DNA of 22,571 nucleotides from Thermoprotei archaeon (GTDB lineage Archaea; Thermoproteota; Thermoprotei; Thermoproteales; B15-G16): NCBI GenBank assembly GCA_003649205.1, contig QMRC01000017.1, positions 1 to 22,571 of the forward strand, read 5' to 3'. Shown piece by piece: positions 7,555 to 16,400 of this stretch (position 1 is its first letter; each line of letters starts with the position of its first letter). The notes under the pieces were generated by a model. It saw only the letters and a program-made list of their open reading frames with translations, ran no database searches and was not told where the DNA came from. The position numbers and the translations under genes were made by a program.

Positions 7555-7974
7555 ATGTCTTCCACACTTGGTGAGGTGCTGAAGAAGACGTGGTTAACAC
7601 TTGAGAGTGCAGTAGCAACATTTAGAGCAAGGATAGTGAATATTGACAACTATGATTGGGGAATTGTTGACATCAACTGGAAGCAACCAATTGAACCACA
7701 GAGCTTAAAGGAATACGTTGAGTTCGTTGCAAAAACGGTAGTAGCATTTGTACTACCACATACAACAAGGTTGATCATCTCCAGTAGAGCACCAATATGG
7801 TTCTATTGTGCTTTTACTCACTCACTAGCACATGAACTTGACGTATTAGCAACCTATGATCCCAAGGTACAAGGTGCGGTAGTTGTGGTCAGTCACGTGA
7901 GAGATTACGCTGTAGGTAATGTGGTGGAACTCCCTCCAGAGCTGTTAGCAGAAATAACGCAGGTAAAGGTTTAA
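7555..7974 (+). CDS. csx3: Csx3/Crn3-family cyclic oligoadenylate ring nuclease homolog
   Basis: QPIEPQSLKE...LIISSRAPIWFYCAFTHSLAH...ATYDPKVQGAVVVVSH...VGNVV is colinear with A. fulgidus Csx3 as recalled (KPIKPEILKE...VVISGRGPIWLHCFLAHKYAH...AVYDPRLGAVVVQSH...EGDVI). Confidence 0.88.
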   Translation: MSSTLGEVLKKTWLTLESAVATFRARIVNIDNYDWGIVDINWKQPIEPQSLKEYVEFVAKTVVAFVLPHTTRLIISSRAPIWFYCAFTHSLAHELDVLATYDPKVQGAVVVVSHVRDYAVGNVVELPPELLAEITQVKV

Positions 7975-7989
7975 GGAAAAAACCTCTAA

Positions 7990-8020
7990 TTTCCTCCTTT
8001 TTCTTTTTCCTGCTCTTTTT
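7990..8020 (+). terminator. Oligo-T archaeal terminator after the csx3-like gene
   Basis: Pyrimidine tract with several T5 runs just after the stop. Confidence 0.6.
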
Positions 8021-8184
8021 CAATCTTTGTTTCCAGTTATGTTTGAGAGTAATGCTGTAACTACAAGCACCTCACCATTCTGAGGATCCAAGTGAACAAC
8101 ATACCTCCTACCACACTTAGGACATCTATAGCAGTCAAATGTAATCACTTCAAGCACAGCACCACACTCAGGACAATAAACCAC
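8020..8184 (-). CDS. Small Zn-ribbon protein (54 aa, not in ORF track)
   Basis: MVYCPECGAVLEVITFDCYRCPKCGRRYVVHLDPQNGEVLVVTALLSNITGNKD*; GGTGA RBS before the GTG start. Confidence 0.75.
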   Translation of the reverse strand: MVYCPECGAVLEVITFDCYRCPKCGRRYVVHLDPQNGEVLVVTALLSNITGNKD

Positions 8185-8219
8185 ATAGCATCACCGTGAA
8201 GAAAAAACAAAGAAAAAAC

Positions 8220-8723
8220 CTACTTTTCAACCTTTCCTTCTTCTTCTGGTGTCGGCGGTACCTCAGCTAGTTCCTCTACCTTGCTTATCAATACCCTTGC
8301 TATGTCTGGTATCACTACCTTTGCTAAGAATTTAGCTTCTTTCTCAATCTTCCTCTCCAACTCATGTAATTCCCTTAGTAGTAACCTTGCCCTCTTTGAC
8401 TTCATCAGTTCCTCAAGGATTTCCCTTGGTATAACCTTCCCCAAGTACTTGCTTCGTTTGATCTTCTTTCCGCCGGCGTAGTCATAGTACCTCAAGTAAT
8501 AGTACCAGTACTTCTTGTTGTAGTTCTTCTTTGGGCAAACCCACTTGAACTCAACCCAACCTCTTAATCCGCTGTATTCCACTTCCTGCTCAAGGAACTC
8601 TTTGTAAAGCTCATAGTACCTCTGAACCATGTAAAGCAAATGTTCGAAAGCAGGTATCAACTGCTTTTCAATTAATGTACGGAATGTTTCTTCGATTTGC
8701 TTCAGCTCCCTTTCCTCACTCAT
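8220..8723 (-). CDS. Coiled-coil protein with SSV1 D-335 integrase N-terminal-like / DUF6788-like beta domain
   Basis: GWVEFKWV...KKYWYYYLRYYDYAGGKKIKRSKYLGK has the Y.Y....GK....YLG signature and is flanked by helices; no recombinase catalytic domain. Confidence 0.6.
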   Translation of the reverse strand: MSEERELKQIEETFRTLIEKQLIPAFEHLLYMVQRYYELYKEFLEQEVEYSGLRGWVEFKWVCPKKNYNKKYWYYYLRYYDYAGGKKIKRSKYLGKVIPREILEELMKSKRARLLLRELHELERKIEKEAKFLAKVVIPDIARVLISKVEELAEVPPTPEEEGKVEK

Positions 8724-8741
8724 TTCTCCCCCCCAAGACTA

Positions 8742-8789
8742 GTTTTAGGGGGTAAAGTATTTAAGGGCTTCAACAATACCCCCTAAACC
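8742..8789. promoter_or_regulatory. IR-N28 site 3, enclosing the TATA box of the leftward gene
   Basis: GTTTTAGGGG 8742-8751 and CCCCTAAACC 8780-8789; TTAAATAC on the minus strand at 8757-8764, inside the spacer. Confidence 0.8.
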
Positions 8790-8830
8790 GAGCACAAGAT
8801 TAAAAATCCAGCAAAGCACAGAGCAAACAC

Positions 8831-9100
8831 ATGAGGCTAGCACTAGCTATTGCGTACATCATACTCGTTACTGCTCTATCAATAGTGATGATATTTTTTA
8901 CTCACCTAGTCACAAACCTGCTACTCAACCCCCCGGGAACAAGTGAAGAAATGCGGGAAGTAATACACCACTACATCAACCAAGTACAACCAAACCCAAT
9001 AACAATCTTACTAACTGTAGTCTACATGCTAGCAGTAGTAGCGATAGCACTAGCAGTAATCGAAGCAATACAAATAGCAACAACATACAGAGACACTTAA
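8831..9100 (+). CDS. Small membrane protein (2 predicted TM helices)
   Basis: Two long hydrophobic stretches around a polar loop. Confidence 0.75.
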   Translation: MRLALAIAYIILVTALSIVMIFFTHLVTNLLLNPPGTSEEMREVIHHYINQVQPNPITILLTVVYMLAVVAIALAVIEAIQIATTYRDT

Positions 9101-9130
9101 ATACATGCAGTGTATACATGAAAAACACGT

Positions 9131-9619
9131 ATGTCACAAACAAGAAAACACCCCATAATCCGAGTATCACAAGACGTATACTTCAAGCTCACACTATTGT
9201 CTGAACAACTCCATCTCAGTTATTCAGACACAATAGAGTACCTCTTTCAAAAGGTATCTTCACTAGAAAAGGAAAACCAGCGTCTACGTGAAGAAAACGA
9301 AAAGTTGAGGAAAGTAGCTGAAAGCAAGGGACTCAAAATCAAGGAATTCGAAAGGCGGTTCTGGTATGTCTTCAAAACGATATTGAGCTATGCTCAGTTA
9401 CGAAGTGCTTTGGGAGTAGCACCATCGAAAGAGTATGCTAGTAAATACTTTGAGGAAAGAATTAAGGAACTTGAAAAGAGGTTCAAGGTAGACACTACTC
9501 CACTGAAGGAAGCTCTGCAAATGCTTACAGGTAATAACCTAAATGGTAAGAAGCTTGCTGAGGTGAACGATAAGGTCAAGTCTTTCTTGTTGAAGTTTCT
9601 TCTCGGTTCTCTTTCCTAA
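9131..9619 (+). CDS. Protein with RHH-like N-terminus and coiled coil
   Basis: IIRVSQDVYFKLTLLSEQLHLSYSDTIEYL followed by LEKENQRLREENEKLRK; TTAAATAC at 9097. Confidence 0.7.
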   Translation: MSQTRKHPIIRVSQDVYFKLTLLSEQLHLSYSDTIEYLFQKVSSLEKENQRLREENEKLRKVAESKGLKIKEFERRFWYVFKTILSYAQLRSALGVAPSKEYASKYFEERIKELEKRFKVDTTPLKEALQMLTGNNLNGKKLAEVNDKVKSFLLKFLLGSLS

Positions 9620-9926
9620 TTTCTTCTGTTTCGTATTCATGTACTGATCTCCTAGGTACTTTTGTCTCTCTCACCATTATTCTGGCAAATACCTCATCTT
9701 CCTTCTTCTTCAACCTCTTCTCAAGTATCTTCTTCGTATCAACAACTATGACTAATGCTATTCTTCCTTCGTCGTACTCTATTGAAGCTGTGTACGGAAT
9801 ACCACGAAGTCTAAACCTAGCATAGTTCATGACAGCGTGAAGTTCCTTATACACCATTTCCTCAATATCGGTAGTAACCGCAAGAACTTCAACAACTTCC
9901 CTAGTGGTTTCCTCATCAGCAGACAT
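9576..9926 (-). CDS. Hypothetical protein
   Basis: 116 aa; GGTGAG RBS; divergent from the MCP gene. Confidence 0.7.
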   Translation of the reverse strand: MSADEETTREVVEVLAVTTDIEEMVYKELHAVMNYARFRLRGIPYTASIEYDEGRIALVIVVDTKKILEKRLKKKEDEVFARIMVRETKVPRRSVHEYETEEIRKENREETSTRKT

Positions 9927-10024
9927 GATATACTCACCACATGTTTAGATAATGTCTGTTCTTACTCACTTACATGACACATACTTACAAGCACCTATAT
10001 GTGCTTATCAGCATGGTGTAGACT

Positions 10025-10393
10025 ATGCCATATAAAGGCTATCTCGTGAGGATAAAGAAGTGGCAAAGCAAGTTCGACCCTGACACAGTACGCAACAGGT
10101 TCGCTCAGGTCAAGGACATAGCAACTGATCAAGCACAGGAGCAGTTTGCAAGGCTAGTAGACTTCGAGCAAGCCGTGAAAGCAAGACTCAACGAGCTAGG
10201 TGTACCAGTGATACAGATGCCGTTCTATTTGAACGTAGCTAGGCAAATATTCAGAGCAATGACAAAGCACAGCGGAAAGACGTTAGAGCAAGAGATCAAG
10301 GTCATCAAGGCAACATGGACAGCACGAGGACTAGACCCAGCAATCATAGACGAAGTGATAAAGGTAATGATCGGCTACGTACCAGCATACTAA
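10025..10393 (+). CDS. Major capsid protein, SIRV2/Adnaviria type
   Basis: RIKKWQSKF parallels SIRV2 RYAKWQAKF; VKARLNELGV...FYLNVARQIFRA...GLDPAIIDEVI parallels VSAVLTQYGI...IYQGFGLKVARA...NANPQVLDAVV (SIRV2 sequence as recalled); 122 aa. Confidence 0.88.
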   Translation: MPYKGYLVRIKKWQSKFDPDTVRNRFAQVKDIATDQAQEQFARLVDFEQAVKARLNELGVPVIQMPFYLNVARQIFRAMTKHSGKTLEQEIKVIKATWTARGLDPAIIDEVIKVMIGYVPAY

Positions 10394-10409
10394 ATGATCT
10401 AATCAATCC

Positions 10410-10460
10410 CTCTTTCCCTCTTACATCAACAACCCTTTTTTCCTGCTCTTTCCCTCACTT
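10410..10460 (+). terminator. Pyrimidine/T-tract, probable partial terminator after MCP
   Basis: CCCTTTTTTCCTGCTCTTTCCC after the MCP stop. Confidence 0.45.
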
Positions 10461-10477
10461 ATCCTCGGTGAGCACGT

Positions 10478-11548
10478 GTGTCAAGACAATATACTGTATT
10501 GATTTCTTGTCTGTGGGCTACTTCAGTCTTCGAGCAAGGTAGGTTAATCGCTAAGCTACTACGTGAACACGGAGCAAACGTAGAAATGAGGAAGTACATC
10601 AGTATCTTCGACATCATGAACCACTCAGCAGATGCATACCTGTGGTTACTAGTGATTAACCCGACTTGGTTGACAGACGTCGTACCTGCGTACATAGAAG
10701 CAAAACAAGCAACAAACGGGAAAGCCTTCATCTACAGCACAGTAGAGGGAATACCTTATCCACATATAACGAAGGTTCACTGCTGTAGGTATGCGGAGTA
10801 CGTAGCAAACAGCAACTTCACGAAACGGTGCTTAGAGAAAGCCGGATTAAAGGTCATAGATGTCATACATCACGCTGTTGACTTCACAGAAGTAGAGCAA
10901 GCAAAGAAAATAGCACAGTACCTACGGCAAAAAATCAAACGAGACTTCCCGGGAAGAGTAGTGTTCTGCTACGTAGGGAGAGACGACCACAGAAAGCAAT
11001 TGGACAAACTAATGCAAGCCATAGACATAGTGAACGAGAAAGCAAAGGACAAGCTCGTGTTGTTGCTACATACCGAGCTACGGAGACCAAAGCTCTTTGA
11101 GAGACCGAACGTGTATATAGTATCAAAGTTCGGTGAGCTAACACACGTCAAAGTCCTAGCACTTATGCACGCAAGCGACTACTTCGTATTCCCTTCAGTA
11201 TGCGAAGGCTTCGGCGTACCCGTACTAGAAGCAATGGCTGTTGGAAGACCAGTCATACATTGCTGGTTTGAACTACTATCAGAATTCAGCAATAGAGAGT
11301 ACAACATAGTCTTCGACTACATAGATGTCGTGTACTGGCAGACATCAGCAGAGCAGTACTTCGAAATGCACATGTACGAACCAGAGCAACTAGCAGACGC
11401 AATACTCTACGCAATAGACATCTACACAAACTATAAGAGCGAATACGAAGAACGCTGTGCAAAACTCACGGAATGGGCTAAGAAGTGGGACTACAGAAAC
11501 ATCTACAAACCATGGCTACACAAGCTAGGTGTAGCAAAACATGAGTAG
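10478..11548 (+). CDS. GT-B family 4 glycosyltransferase
   Basis: YVGRDDHRKQLD and FVFPSVCEGFGVPVLEAMAVGRPVI (E-x7-E motif). Confidence 0.93.
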   Translation: MSRQYTVLISCLWATSVFEQGRLIAKLLREHGANVEMRKYISIFDIMNHSADAYLWLLVINPTWLTDVVPAYIEAKQATNGKAFIYSTVEGIPYPHITKVHCCRYAEYVANSNFTKRCLEKAGLKVIDVIHHAVDFTEVEQAKKIAQYLRQKIKRDFPGRVVFCYVGRDDHRKQLDKLMQAIDIVNEKAKDKLVLLLHTELRRPKLFERPNVYIVSKFGELTHVKVLALMHASDYFVFPSVCEGFGVPVLEAMAVGRPVIHCWFELLSEFSNREYNIVFDYIDVVYWQTSAEQYFEMHMYEPEQLADAILYAIDIYTNYKSEYEERCAKLTEWAKKWDYRNIYKPWLHKLGVAKHE

Positions 11549-12647
11549 AGTCCTACTTGAGGTCTTCAAAGACCCACTCATAAGAAAGCTCATCTACATA
11601 GAGAAGGTAGCTAGTGAACTAGGCGTAGTCACAACATACGACAGATTCAAAGACCTAAGAGACCTAATCACCTACTTAATCGGTTACAATGCATTATTTA
11701 GATTTTACCTAGACCTATTCGCCGTACTGAACCTACACTTCGACTTCAACCTACTAGAGTTTTGGAAGATAGACTTCGCAAAGTACTTCACAGTCATCTT
11801 CGAGCAAATCGGCAAAGGAAGATACGACATGAGCAAGTACGAAGAATGCATCTACGACCCCGAACAAGCAACAGCATGTCACTTAGAATGGTGGCTATGG
11901 GATATGACCTACCACACAACAAAACACACAGTACCAGAGTACAAGCAAGTAGGCTACAGCTTGAAGTTCATGCTGGAGACCAACAAGGAAATACTGCATA
12001 GACACGAGGTCAAGCAAGAGTACGTAGACGCAATGGAAGAAGCAATAGCATGGGCGGAGGGGAAAGTCAGAACATCAGCGTACTGGGGGTTTGCATGTTG
12101 GGAAGTAAGTCCGTGGAAAGCACCAAGCTCAGAGAAGATACACTACACAGCAAGGGCAACAGCAGACTGGAAGACAGAGCAGAAGCTAGAGACAGTTACG
12201 ATATATGAGTGCAATTGGGGACACAACAGGTGGGACTACGGACGATGGACATCAGACGAAGTAAAACCGAAACCAGAGCTAGAGAGTAAGCTAGCAGATG
12301 TAGTCAACGAGTTCTTCAAGCGAACAGAAGCACTATGGCAAGGCGTATTCCTACTACAGCGACTCGACCGTATTCATCACGTCGGTGCGTACCATCAACT
12401 ACGTATGGGACAGCTGATCATCAAGGCAAAAGCACTACTGTGCAAACACGGTGTACCCGTGATACAGCACAATGCATACATATCAGCACTACTAGAACTA
12501 GCATACCTCTACCACGATAGCTCACGCCACTACAAGCAATGGAAGAAGATAATGACCTATGATGACTGGTTAATGAAGTGGGAACGCTACGGACTAGATA
12601 GAGATATATTGAGGAAGTTAGCCCTGTTAGTCGGTGTCACAGTATGA
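11541..12647 (+). CDS. Probable minor virion protein with aromatic repeats and a C-terminal MCP-like domain
   Basis: C-terminus LLCKHGVPVIQHNAYI...WERYGLDRDILRKL matches MCP LNELGVPVIQMPFYL...WTARGLDPAIIDEV. Confidence 0.75.
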   Translation: MSRVLLEVFKDPLIRKLIYIEKVASELGVVTTYDRFKDLRDLITYLIGYNALFRFYLDLFAVLNLHFDFNLLEFWKIDFAKYFTVIFEQIGKGRYDMSKYEECIYDPEQATACHLEWWLWDMTYHTTKHTVPEYKQVGYSLKFMLETNKEILHRHEVKQEYVDAMEEAIAWAEGKVRTSAYWGFACWEVSPWKAPSSEKIHYTARATADWKTEQKLETVTIYECNWGHNRWDYGRWTSDEVKPKPELESKLADVVNEFFKRTEALWQGVFLLQRLDRIHHVGAYHQLRMGQLIIKAKALLCKHGVPVIQHNAYISALLELAYLYHDSSRHYKQWKKIMTYDDWLMKWERYGLDRDILRKLALLVGVTV

Positions 12648-12862
12648 GCACAGAAGTAAAACCCGAAGCAAAACCTGAAACAAAAACAGCTCCAGCACCA
12701 TCACAAGAAATGCAACAAGTAATGCAAGATCTAATCAACGAAGCACTACTACTAGCACTAGATACATTAGATAATAGCTGTAACTGCGTATTCTACCAAA
12801 GAGCGAGGAAGATAGCAAAGCTCGTGAAGAAAATAATGCTATCTAGGGGATTACAGACGTAG
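12644..12862 (+). CDS. Small hypothetical protein
   Basis: 72 aa; ATGA-coupled to the upstream gene. Confidence 0.7.
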   Translation: MSTEVKPEAKPETKTAPAPSQEMQQVMQDLINEALLLALDTLDNSCNCVFYQRARKIAKLVKKIMLSRGLQT

Positions 12863-13060
12863 CACAACCGTAGCACCTCACGAAGCACCGCCAACAGCAA
12901 ACACCACTTGTAGAAGTCACCCCCTCAAGACAAAACACCTATTGACACTTTGCTATGATTTTTCACGATTTCCCCAGTTTAACCGGTTTCTCTTTTTAAT
13001 TTCCGGTTAAACCATAGTCATGAACCCCCTACATTAGCGAAAATGAAGGGGGGTTAGTTA
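12857..13060 (+). repeat. Dispersed ~200-bp repeat, copy B
   Basis: Core aligns without gaps to copies A and C; contains the perfect IR GTTTAACCGG 12977-12986 / CCGGTTAAAC 13003-13012 and a hairpin at ~13023-13055. Confidence 0.85.
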
Positions 13061-13098
13061 CCGGTGCTGTTGCTATGTTCTCAGCACTGCGGTGCACA

Positions 13099-13146
13099 AG
13101 TTTAGGGTCTAACTTTTTACAAAGGTAGAGAAATACCCCCTAAACC
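13099..13146. promoter_or_regulatory. IR-N28 site 4
   Basis: AGTTTAGGGT 13099-13108 and CCCCTAAACC 13137-13146; 28-bp spacer; upstream of the structural operon. Confidence 0.75.
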
Positions 13147-13202
13147 CAACAATCACAGAAACAGCACAACTTAAAACCGAGCACGGCAAAAAGCAAACTG
13201 AG

Positions 13203-13493
13203 GTGATTCACATAGCTGAAAGACTTACCCCAGATAGAGTTAGACCCGGAGATAGGTACTACAAGGACACAGTCACCTTCGAAGTTGTAGAAGTCAACAA
13301 GACAGCAGACATAAGGGGAATGAGCATCTACATCATAGCCTACAGAATCATAGACCACAGAGGAAACAGAACATTCACATCACCAGTAGCACACCTCTTT
13401 GTAACATCAGGTGAAGACGTTAAGAAACACATTATGAAGGTCATAGACGACTACATCAAACTACGTGACCAACTCCTATCAGCAATCCGGTGA
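13203..13493 (+). CDS. Hypothetical beta-rich protein
   Basis: 96 aa; coupled to the large structural gene; exact start uncertain. Confidence 0.7.
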   Translation: MIHIAERLTPDRVRPGDRYYKDTVTFEVVEVNKTADIRGMSIYIIAYRIIDHRGNRTFTSPVAHLFVTSGEDVKKHIMKVIDDYIKLRDQLLSAIR

Positions 13494-16400
13494 TGGTGAT
13501 GCAGGTCAAGGTTAAGATCCTTGATCTAAATGTGGAGGTAGATGTTGAGCAGTTGACTAACTCACTAATTGAGCAAGCCGTTAAGGACTACAATGTCGGT
13601 GGTATCACAGACCCCCTAGGTCAGCTCATTTCGTGGTTGTGGGATCAAATCAAAAGCTCGTTCTACTGGTTGAGAGATACAATCTACAGCTACTTCACAA
13701 CATTTAGAGACTGGATTTTATCTGGAGTTCGGGCGATAATTGATGGTCTTTGGGCTTCAGTACAGGCAATAGGAAACAGCATAGTTTCAGCAATAGGTAA
13801 CATACAGTCATTCATTAGTACAGCAGTATCAACGATATACAGCTACTTCACAGAACTATCAACAGCAATAAGCACATTCTTCAGCACAGTAATGACACAA
13901 ATCGAATCAGCAATCAACACAGTGTCCACAGCGATATCTAACATATTCAGTACAATTATGACTAGTATACAGTCAGCATTCAACACAGTAATGACAGCAA
14001 TACAGAGCTTCATAAACACACTTACGGCAATTGGATCACAAGTAATGTCAGCAATAACGTCTGCAATCAACACAATCACATCAGCAATACAGTCAGCTTT
14101 CCAGTACGTAAGCAATGCAATACAATCATTTATACAGCAAGCCATAGCATTCTTCACGCAGATCTACAACATGATATCTTCAGCACTGCAGTCATTCATA
14201 GCACAGTTGCAAAATATCGGAAGCTACATCTACAACAGCTTAACAGCAGTAGGACAACAGATAGCGACCTTCTTCACAAATATATACAATAGTATAGTTT
14301 CTGGATTTCAGACAGTACAGGCATGGATACAGCAAGCATGGAACACAGTCACAGCAACACTACAGCAGATATACAACGGCTTCCTAACACTAAGCAACAT
14401 GATCAGAAGAAGCTTCGAGGAAGTGATAAAGAGCTTCGAAATGATTAGACAAGCATTCACAGGCTTCGTAAACGCCCTAGCACAAATCTACAGCTGGTTA
14501 ACAGTCGAAGTACCAAAGATGTTCCAGCAATTCATGGACGTTGTGACTAATTTCCCAAAAGTAGTTTGGGAATGGTTCCAAAAAACACGTGAAGACATAG
14601 TGAAATTCTTCACGACATTAGCAGAACAAATAACGATAGGAGCTACAAGAATAGGAGAAACAATAAGGTCATTCGTGAGTAGTGTCATAGAGGGGATTAA
14701 AGGAACGATTGAAAATGCAGTTAAAACAATCCTATCAACACTAGGGAACATCATAAAGATAGTAATTGAAAGCCTAGGCGGAACATCACTAGACGAAGTA
14801 ATAACGAAAGTAATGAATGTACTAGTACCTCTCCTATTCATAGGAATACCAGCATACGTATCAGTAGACTTACTCACAACAAAAATCGCAGGATGCGGAC
14901 TAGAACTAGATACAATAAAGAACTTCATACAACAAGTAATACCTGTAGGAAACGTAATGCAGTCCATGATCTCAAGTATAGTGACCGCAGGACTACTAAT
15001 ACCATTCAGCTACATCATAAACTATCAATACAGACCAAAAATAGTAGACCCAACAACCACAATTACAGCATACTGGAGAGAACTGATAACGGAAGAACAA
15101 CTAGATAAATTACTAGGATTCCATGGCTTCAGAGACGAACAGTATAAGATAATGATAGAAGCTAGCAGACCACTACCAAGTTACAAAGATCTCTTCATCA
15201 TGTACTGCAAGGACATCATAGACCTAGACACATACAAGAAAGTCTTCAAGTGGTTAGGTTGGAAAGACGAGTGGGTACAGAGACTAACAAGACACATGTA
15301 CTTCGACCTAAGACTATTCGACCTGTATAGGATCTATGACACAGTCTTCCCAAAACCCGACTGGTTAAGTGCAAAGCTACAGATCTGGGGCTTCACAAAG
15401 GATGATGCTGAGCAAGTAATCTTCAGCATACTTAGGAGACCAATCAGAGACGAAGTCCGTAGAATTATCTACGGACTAATTGAGCTAGCTGAGATGGGCT
15501 TGATCAAAGTAGAAGACATACCGAAGTACTTCAAGCAAATAGCAGAGAAAAGCGAAGTAGAGGTCAGGTACACGGAGCACCTATACGAAGGAACTAGACA
15601 ACATACATTCAGAGCACCAGTCTTCTACCTATCTGATTACGAGCTTAATGCACTTGTCGAGTACGCTAGAATGCGTAGAGAACGCTACATAGCGAGAGAA
15701 ACACTACGTGTATTGACTAGAGCACTCCGTAGAGGTGCAATAACGAAGGAAGAATTCGTGAGAAAGGTCACAGACCTAGGCTATCCCGAGAACCTAGCAA
15801 AGATCATAGCAGAAGCCGAAGCACCAACATACGAACTCAGCTTAGGTTGGTTGATGTCCTTCGCAGACTACATAGAGCTACCAGAGAACTACGTAGATAA
15901 GAAGCTTGAGCTACTGGGCGTACCAGAGGAAGATAGGAAGATCATCAAAGAAGTGCTCAAGATCAAACCACTGAGAGACGAACGACGGAGGATAATCTGG
16001 GCGGTAATTGAGCTATACGAGATAGGACTCTACAACGAAAGAGACCTAGAGGACATTCTAAAGCAACTAGGGCTTCGACCCGAAGAAATCAACCTACTTA
16101 AGCAATATGCACAGCTACTTAGGAGACGTTACTTACGCAACCTAGAGTATAGAGTCATCATTACCGCATTGCGTAGAGGAAAGATAACGACAGAAGAAGC
16201 AATACGAAAGCTAAGGGAGCTAGGACTGCCAGAGAACTTAGCAAAGATGATTGTCGAAGTTGAAGGAAAGACATACACACTAAGCCTATCAACACTACTC
16301 TACTACGCCGACTATGTACCGATCGAGGAACAGTTCCTACAGAAGAAGTTAGACCAGCTAGGAGTACCAGAGGACGAGAGAGGAATAGTTAAGCAGGTCT

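Noticed and set aside
7555-7974. CRISPR-Cas locus implied by csx3
   Set aside because: No other cas genes or arrays recognised; the gene is isolated in a viral genome.
13843-14967. Antisense ORFs 13843-14157 and 14488-14967 and other shadow ORFs (e.g. 3015-3221, 4612-4932, 10459-10731, 18596-19030, 20383-20871)
   Set aside because: They lie opposite or within well-supported genes, lack recognisable motifs, and are explained by codon bias of the real gene.
13490-15000. Tape-measure protein of a tailed virus
   Set aside because: The amphipathic repeats look similar, but no HK97 capsid, portal or terminase was seen, and the MCP is SIRV2-type.
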